DNA of 64,000 nt from Candidatus Spongiisociaceae bacterium (GTDB lineage: Bacteria; Actinomycetota; Acidimicrobiia; Spongiisociales; Spongiisociaceae). The DNA is taken from the NCBI GenBank assembly GCA_965219685.1, contig CBDCOH010000002.1, positions 1,984,001 to 2,048,000 of the forward strand, in the 5' to 3' direction. The position numbers and the translations under genes are program-made. Shown here piece by piece: positions 58,099 to 64,000 of the stretch. How positions within the stretch are numbered: the first letter of the stretch is position 1; the number at the start of each line of letters is the position of its first letter. The notes under the pieces were generated by a model. It was not told where the DNA came from and did not search any database. It was given only the letters and a program-made list of their open reading frames with translations.

Positions 58099-58623
58099 TC
58101 AGTCGGGTAGGGAACAGACATCGAACGCTGCCATCGCGTAGCCGAGCATCGTGTAGTAACCGACCAGGATGCTGAGTTCGACCACGCCGCCGGCGCCGAG
58201 TTCGGCTTCGATACGGCCGAAGGTCGGTTCGGAGAGGAAAGACGACTCGCACAGCTCCCGCACCGCGTCGATGATCACCGCCTCCCTCTCGGACAGATCT
58301 CCTGGCGTCCCGTCCAGGTAAGCGAGCGCGTCGGGGCGGACACCTTCCCTGAGAGCAATCTCCACGTGCGTATCCCAGACGTACCGGCAACCGTGGACCG
58401 TACCGGTCGCCAGGATTGCCAACTCCCGGTCTGTACCGGAGAGTCCCGATTCGAACCGGACCACATGGCCCAGCCGGGCGATGTGCTCGGCCTGGACGGG
58501 AGCGTGCAGGAGCACTTGGAAGGGTCTGACGAGGGTGCCCCGGCTCTCGATGATCCAGTCGTACAGTTCAGCCTGTTCCGGGGCGAGCCCGTCCTTGCCG
58601 TCGATCAGGTCAATTCGCGCCAT
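58099..58623 (-). CDS. Carboxymuconolactone decarboxylase/AhpD-like protein
   Basis: PFQVLLHAP, DRELAIL, YVWDTH, LVGYY; SD GAGGAG. Confidence 0.85.
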   Translation of the reverse strand: MARIDLIDGKDGLAPEQAELYDWIIESRGTLVRPFQVLLHAPVQAEHIARLGHVVRFESGLSGTDRELAILATGTVHGCRYVWDTHVEIALREGVRPDALAYLDGTPGDLSEREAVIIDAVRELCESSFLSEPTFGRIEAELGAGGVVELSILVGYYTMLGYAMAAFDVCSLPD

Positions 58624-58752
58624 AGTCTCCTCGCCTACCCGCCCCGGCTTGTCCGGTCCGGGCACCCGACCGTAGCGCGTCGGGAAGGCCGTTCGGCCCC
58701 GGAGAGGGTGGCACGGTAGAATCGCCGCCGATGACCAATCCCGGCTTTGTCC

Positions 58753-59577
58753 ATGGCCGTTGAGCCCGACCGGATCCGCATCCTCCACGACGACGAGGAC
58801 TGCCCCGAACTTCCCATCGTCGAGCGAGGCGGGAGAGCCTGGGCGGTGGTCTGGCCCGGTCTGGGCGCCCGCCTGCGTTCGATCCACCACATCTCCCTCC
58901 GACCCCACGGACGGACGGCCCTACTCGAGCATCCGATGGAGGCCGTCTACTACCTGATGGACGGGAGCGGCGCGGCTGTCGACCCCGCGCGCGGAAGCCG
59001 CAGCGACCTGACGCTCGGCGCCATGGCTCACATAGGCCCCGGCACCCCGTACGTACTGGAGGCGGGACCCGAGGGAGCCGAGATCGTCGGGGGCCCCTGT
59101 CCCGCCGATTTCCGCATGTACGCCCACCTAGGTGTGGAGCAGTTCCCCATTCCCGAGCCCAGCGTCATCAGGGAGCCGGCGGCGGGGGTCCGCGCCTTCC
59201 ACCGCGACCAGCCGACCGCCATGGTCCCGATGATCGCCCGCGATGCTCGCCTCATCGTGTGGGCCGGCGTCGAGGCGTACACCGCCAACATGAACTACGT
59301 GGACATGCAGCCGGGCGAGCGCAACGTCGAGCACGTCCATGTCGAGTCGGAGGACACCATCTACATCCTCGACGGCAAGGGAAGCATCGACGACCTCACC
59401 AACGATCTCCGTCTCGAGTTCGAGGCCGGGGACGTGGTGCACGTGCCGGTGGGCGTGTGGCACGCGGTGTCGGGGGACAGGAACGACCACATCGAGAGCG
59501 TCGGCGGACCGTGCCCGGCGGATTGGAACATGCTGCGCGTCGCGGGCCTGATGCCCGACGAATCGAACAAGGAGTAG
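58753..59577 (+). CDS. Two-domain cupin protein
   Basis: Two cupin repeats, each ending in GGPCPAD; the second has HVH.SE and HVPVGVWH metal motifs. Confidence 0.82.
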   Translation: MAVEPDRIRILHDDEDCPELPIVERGGRAWAVVWPGLGARLRSIHHISLRPHGRTALLEHPMEAVYYLMDGSGAAVDPARGSRSDLTLGAMAHIGPGTPYVLEAGPEGAEIVGGPCPADFRMYAHLGVEQFPIPEPSVIREPAAGVRAFHRDQPTAMVPMIARDARLIVWAGVEAYTANMNYVDMQPGERNVEHVHVESEDTIYILDGKGSIDDLTNDLRLEFEAGDVVHVPVGVWHAVSGDRNDHIESVGGPCPADWNMLRVAGLMPDESNKE

Positions 59578-59582
59578 TAACC

Positions 59583-60437
59583 ATGGCCAACACCGTTTCC
59601 GTAGGTCTCGTTCAGATCGGCGGCGAGCCCTTCCAGGTGGAGGAGAACCGAGACCTGTGCTACCGATCGGCCGACACTGCTTTCGAGCAAGGCGCCGACA
59701 TCGTCATCCTGCCCGAGATGATCATCCACGGCTACACCGCCGACTGGCGCGCCCTGTCAGAGGTAGCGGAGCCGGTGGACGGACCCACCGTCAAGCAGTG
59801 GGTTTCCCTGGCGGCCGACGCCAACGGCTACGTGGTGGGCGGGTTCTGCGAGCGGGACGGGGAGGCCCTATACAACTCGGCGGTGGCGGTCGGACCGGAC
59901 GGGATCATCCTCCACTACCGCAAGACCCATCTCTTCGCGGAGGAGAAGGTGGTGTTCCGCGACGGCGACCTCGGGTTCCCCGTGGCGCACACCAGGTTCG
60001 GGACCATCGGGCTGTGCGTCTGCTACGACCTGCGCTTCATCGAGGTGGTCAGGTTGCTGGCCCTGAAGGGCGCCGACCTCATCTGCGTGCCCACCGCCTG
60101 GCTGCCCGGGTTCGACCAGGAGCGCTGGGACAAGGACGGTATGTGTCCCCAGGGTCGGGGGGCGGTCCTGCAGGCCAACCTCAACCAGGTGTTCATCGCC
60201 TGCGCCTCACAGGCAGGGCGGCACGGTGATCTCGACTTCCTCGGATCTTCGATCCTGGTCGATCCGTACGGCAAGCTGCTGTCAGGACCGCTGCCGGACT
60301 CCACCGACAAGATCACGGTTACCGAGGTCGACATCGGCGCCGCCAAGCGGGCCCAGGTCCGGGGCGAACTGATCGCCCCGCGGGCCGACCGCCGCACGGA
60401 CCTCTACGGCATCTGGGAGGACGGCCAGAGGTACTGA
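59583..60437 (+). CDS. Carbon-nitrogen hydrolase (nitrilase superfamily)
   Basis: Triad LPE, YRKTHL, VCYDLRF; SD AAGGAG. Confidence 0.94.
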   Translation: MANTVSVGLVQIGGEPFQVEENRDLCYRSADTAFEQGADIVILPEMIIHGYTADWRALSEVAEPVDGPTVKQWVSLAADANGYVVGGFCERDGEALYNSAVAVGPDGIILHYRKTHLFAEEKVVFRDGDLGFPVAHTRFGTIGLCVCYDLRFIEVVRLLALKGADLICVPTAWLPGFDQERWDKDGMCPQGRGAVLQANLNQVFIACASQAGRHGDLDFLGSSILVDPYGKLLSGPLPDSTDKITVTEVDIGAAKRAQVRGELIAPRADRRTDLYGIWEDGQRY

Positions 60438-60504
60438 GCGGGTCTGACAGGCAGGACTCCGCGCTCTACCATCCGCTCGTCCCACAGCATCGGAGGCACC
60501 CCGG

Positions 60505-61335
60505 ATGAAACTCGTCGACCTCTCCCATCCAATCAACCTGCACACGCCCGGATGGGTCGGATATCCAGGATCCAAGATGTACTACACCCAGACACTGCAG
60601 ACCAACCGGGTGGTGTCACAGCGGTTCGAGACCTCGCTGCACGTGGGGACCCACCTCGACGGCCCGATGCACATGGCGGACGGGGCAGGTGACATGGCCT
60701 CCCTGCCGTTGGACAAGCTGGTGCACGAGGGTGTCATCGTCGACGTGTCGGACGAGGTCAGCGACTGGAGCATCATCACCCCGGAGCACATCACCTCCAA
60801 GGTCGAGGTCAAGAAGGGCGACATCCTGATCATCCACACCGGATACCACCGCTACTACGAGGGCCAGCCCGAGCAGGACCTGACCCGCTACTTCTGCATG
60901 CATCCGGGCGGAACCCAGGAGCTGGCCTACTGGATGCTCGACATGGAGATCCGCTGGTGGGGCGTCGACGCCGGCTCCGGCGACCATCCGATGAACACCA
61001 GCATCCGCCACATGCGACCGGACCTCACCAAGCGCTTCGAGGACCATGTCGGCATGTCCGCACTCGAGTACTTCGGCGAGTACACCTACACCCACCACAA
61101 GAGCGGGAGGGTGATCACCGAAGACCTGTTCCCCCTCCACTACCTGGCCTTCCCCGACGGCTGCATCCACGCTGAGAACGTCGGCGGGGACATCGAGAAG
61201 GTGCTCAACCAGCGCTGCATCATCGGTGCCTTCCCGTGGAAGTTCGAGGGTGGGGAGGCCTGCCCCTGCCGGATCATCGCCTTCTTCGACGTGGGCGACG
61301 ACCTTTCAGTGGAGGAAATCGCCGAGGCCCTCTAG
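60505..61335 (+). CDS. Cyclase-family metal hydrolase (kynurenine formamidase-like)
   Basis: VDLSH, HVGTHLDGP.H, GDILIIHTG, HPG, HAEN. Confidence 0.92.
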   Translation: MKLVDLSHPINLHTPGWVGYPGSKMYYTQTLQTNRVVSQRFETSLHVGTHLDGPMHMADGAGDMASLPLDKLVHEGVIVDVSDEVSDWSIITPEHITSKVEVKKGDILIIHTGYHRYYEGQPEQDLTRYFCMHPGGTQELAYWMLDMEIRWWGVDAGSGDHPMNTSIRHMRPDLTKRFEDHVGMSALEYFGEYTYTHHKSGRVITEDLFPLHYLAFPDGCIHAENVGGDIEKVLNQRCIIGAFPWKFEGGEACPCRIIAFFDVGDDLSVEEIAEAL

Positions 61336-61391
61336 ATGATTAGTTCCTAGTCCGTAGTCGGTAGTCGGTAGTTGACAATCGGTAGTTACCG
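61336..61391 (+). repeat. Degenerate heptamer tract directly after a TAG stop
   Basis: TAG-ATGATTA-GTTCCTA-GTCCGTA-GTCGGTA-GTCGGTA-GTTGACA-ATCGGTA-GTTACCG. Confidence 0.75.
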
Positions 61392-61499
61392 TTAGATCGG
61401 ATCATTTGCCATCCTCCGCAACACTGTCTGGGTCTCGCGGTTCCGCCGAGGGGGGCTCTTCGCAAGAGTGGCTGTGAGGGGTTCGCATCCAGGAACAGA

Positions 61500-61541
61500 C
61501 GTATACAAGTTACAGACGCGCGTATAAAAGTTACATATGCG
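61500..61541. repeat. 21-bp AT-rich direct repeat (possible operator)
   Basis: CGTATACAAGTTACAGACGCG / CGTATAAAAGTTACATATGCG, 18/21 identical. Confidence 0.65.
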
Positions 61542-61725
61542 TTGCACAGCGTTGTGGAGCACATCGTAGAGTGCAGTCGCTGCCGGCCAGATCCCTTGGA
61601 ACTACTCGTCTAGGAGGGCCCGACCTCCGCACGGAGGAGGTTGCGACCGGTTCGCAGACCTGGGTTCGTCGCTCCCATGAAGAGCCCGACCCGACCACCT
61701 GCCGCATCCTAGAATCGGCGGAGCA

Positions 61726-62094
61726 ATGACAGAGCCCGTGATCGAGGATCCCTGGCCGACGAAGGCGGACGCCCTGGCCGCGGCGGCCGTCATCGCCGAG
61801 CAGGCCCGCACACTGTACGGTGACGAACTCGACGGTGTGTGGCTCTACGGATCGCGGGCCAGGGGCGACAACAAAGGCGATTCCGACCTCGACGTGCTGG
61901 TGGTGAAGCGCTCGAAGGAGTTCGACCCGCGCAACCAACTGCTGTGGAAGTTGCACCGGGTCCTAGAACCGCACTACTTCGACAGTCTGACCTGGATACT
62001 CGTATACATCCACGTCTCGTACACCAAGCAGTTCAAGGAGTGGGACACCATGTTCTACCGCAACGTGCGCGCCGACGCCCTCCCCATCGCATGA
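61726..62094 (+). CDS. Minimal nucleotidyltransferase (MNT)
   Basis: LYGSRARGD...DSDLDVLVV (GS-X10-DXD). Confidence 0.92.
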   Translation: MTEPVIEDPWPTKADALAAAAVIAEQARTLYGDELDGVWLYGSRARGDNKGDSDLDVLVVKRSKEFDPRNQLLWKLHRVLEPHYFDSLTWILVYIHVSYTKQFKEWDTMFYRNVRADALPIA

Positions 62095-62501
62095 CCTCCA
62101 CCGAAGAGGCGTTCCTGCTGTTGACCCACGCCGACAACTACCTAGGCTACGCCGAGACCAACCGCCGGTCCGGCATCTACGGACCGGCCGTGTCGATGGC
62201 CTATTACGCGGCGTTCTACGCCGCCCAGGCCGTGGTCGCCTACCACCGGGAGGGGCCGAAGACACACAAGGGAGTCAGGAACGTCTTCCACCGGCTCGCC
62301 GTCCTCGAGTCCGACTTTCCGGGCGAGGTCGCCCCGGTGCTCGCTGATCTGGCTGATAGCCGGTTAAAGGCCGACTACGACCACGAGACGATGGACGACT
62401 GGACGGACGCCGACGCCTCGGATGCCATTCGCCAAGCGCGGACCTTCGTGTCAGAGGTGAGTGCCTGGTTCAGCCGCCATCACACGCCGGACAGTCAGTG
62501 A
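62091..62501 (+). CDS. HEPN domain protein
   Basis: AYYAAFYAAQA, KTHKGV, RLKADY; ATGA overlap with MNT. Confidence 0.9.
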   Translation: MTSTEEAFLLLTHADNYLGYAETNRRSGIYGPAVSMAYYAAFYAAQAVVAYHREGPKTHKGVRNVFHRLAVLESDFPGEVAPVLADLADSRLKADYDHETMDDWTDADASDAIRQARTFVSEVSAWFSRHHTPDSQ

Positions 62502-64000
62502 CGGTGGAAGGATCCTCCGGCGGCGTCACGTTCGCAGATGCGGCGGACCCGTTCGGGACTCAGGGGTAGCCGGGTCACGTCCTCCGGACGTCCCAGGGCA
62601 TCGGCAACCGCGTTGGCGATCGCCGCTCCGACCGCGGTGATGCCGCCCTCCCCGGCCCCTTTGACACCGAGCGGGTTGAGCGGGCTGGGAGCATCCTCGG
62701 TGACCAGCACCTCGACCGGGGGCATCTCCTCCATGGTCGGCATCAGGTAGTCCATGAAACTGGCGGCAAGCGGCTGCGCGGAGTCGTCGTACAGGAACTC
62801 CTCCAGCAGCGCTCCGCCCAGGCCCTGCGCGGCGCCACCGTGGATCTGGCCGTCGACAAGGCCGGGATTGACCGCGCGGCCGACCTCGTAGGCGACGATC
62901 AGGCGCTCGGGTTCCACCTCTCCGGTATCACGGTCGACCCTGACCACAGCCGCGTGGATGCCGTACGGGTAGACCATGTGGTCCACCTCGAACCAGCCCT
63001 CGGCTGCCAGACCGGGTTCATCGACCGCGGGGCCCGGCCGCAGTCGGCGGGCCGCTTCACCCAACGTCATCGCCGGACCGCCCGGCGAGCCCCGCACGAA
63101 CACCCGGCCGTCCTCGATGGTGAGGTCCTCGAGGGGCGCTTCGAGGACCTCTGCCGCCTCGTCCAGCGCCTTCTCTCGCACCCGGCGGGCCGCGATCAGC
63201 GTGGCGGAACCCGCCATGACCGTGACCCGGCTTGCGAACGCCCCCATCCCCCAGGCCATGTCGTCCGTCTGGCCGTGCCGGACCCGGACCCGTTCGATCC
63301 CGACTCCGAGCGTCTCGGCGCAGATCTGGGCCAGGCAGGTCTCCACACCTTGGCCGATGGAGGCCGCCCCGGTGAACACCACCACGTACCCGGCCTCGTC
63401 GACCGTCACCTTCACACCTTCGAACGGGCCGAGCCCGCTCTTCTCGATGAAGAATCCCAGCCCGAGGCCCACCGCCTCACCCCGCGACCGCCGGACGGCG
63501 AGGTCCGCCGACAAGCTTCCGTAGTCGAGGTGGTCGATGAGGAGATCCAGGAGCAACTCGTAGTCCCCCGAGTCGTATGTCACCTCGGTACCGAGAGCAC
63601 CGATTCCCCGCTCGTAGGGCATCGAGCCCACCGGTATCAGGTTGCGCCGGCGTATCTCGACAGGGTCCAGGCCCAGCCGGTGAGCGATCACGTCCATCAG
63701 GCGCTCACGGACGAAGCTGCTCTCGTACCTGCCGGGAGCCCGGTAGGTACCGCACGGGGTCTTGTTGCTTAGCCTCACATGCCCCGTGCACCGGTACGCA
63801 GGCCAAACGTAGGGTCCCGGCAGCATCGACGAGGTAAGTTCGCTCACGGTGGTTTCGTGGGTTCTCAGGTATGCGCCCTGGTCGACCCAGAACTCGGCAT
63901 CCACCCCCCGCACCCAACCGTCCTCGTCGACGGCTGCGCGGATGCGGTGGACCTGATCGCGGGAGTGGTTGGCGGCCAGCATGTGCTCCCGCCGATCCTC
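62495..64000 (-). CDS. Xanthine dehydrogenase/CoxL-family molybdopterin-binding subunit, 3' part; 5' end outside window
   Basis: YRAPG, GQGVET, AFASR, GQIHGG.AQG, KGAGEGG. Confidence 0.94.
   Translation of the reverse strand, partial: EDRREHMLAANHSRDQVHRIRAAVDEDGWVRGVDAEFWVDQGAYLRTHETTVSELTSSMLPGPYVWPAYRCTGHVRLSNKTPCGTYRAPGRYESSFVRERLMDVIAHRLGLDPVEIRRRNLIPVGSMPYERGIGALGTEVTYDSGDYELLLDLLIDHLDYGSLSADLAVRRSRGEAVGLGLGFFIEKSGLGPFEGVKVTVDEAGYVVVFTGAASIGQGVETCLAQICAETLGVGIERVRVRHGQTDDMAWGMGAFASRVTVMAGSATLIAARRVREKALDEAAEVLEAPLEDLTIEDGRVFVRGSPGGPAMTLGEAARRLRPGPAVDEPGLAAEGWFEVDHMVYPYGIHAAVVRVDRDTGEVEPERLIVAYEVGRAVNPGLVDGQIHGGAAQGLGGALLEEFLYDDSAQPLAASFMDYLMPTMEEMPPVEVLVTEDAPSPLNPLGVKGAGEGGITAVGAAIANAVADALGRPEDVTRLPLSPERVRRICERDAAGGSFHRH

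Overview
High-GC (roughly two-thirds G+C by eye) bacterial DNA. Gene content and promoter style suggest an actinobacterium, possibly a host-associated Acidimicrobiia lineage (inference only). The window holds the 3' end of a type I PKS and two ABC importers whose unrelated binding lipoproteins share a homologous Ala/Glu coiled-coil stalk. It also holds a tandem array of four PaREP1-like genes, an SPFH gene, and a MacAB-like exporter whose very long fusion protein is interrupted by an IS5-family element. A minus-strand catabolic gene run of about 21 kb ends in three tandem alpha/beta-hydrolase paralogues separated by 7-bp tandem-repeat spacers. Further right are an aspartyl-protease gene pair, a ThDP-enzyme/phosphotriesterase/aminotransferase cluster, a cupin-nitrilase-cyclase operon, an MNT-HEPN pair and a partial molybdopterin hydroxylase gene. 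The most notable unexplained structures are: (1) two diverged copies of a ~250-bp non-coding element, each carrying a conserved TTG..C-N-TGTCAC-N10-CATACT promoter; (2) heptamer-repeat tracts that begin at stop codons and, at the hydrolase locus, abut probable leaderless promoters; (3) the PaREP1 array; (4) the shared stalk module. No rRNA, tRNA or CRISPR array was recognised. All calls come from reading motifs by eye; no searches were run.
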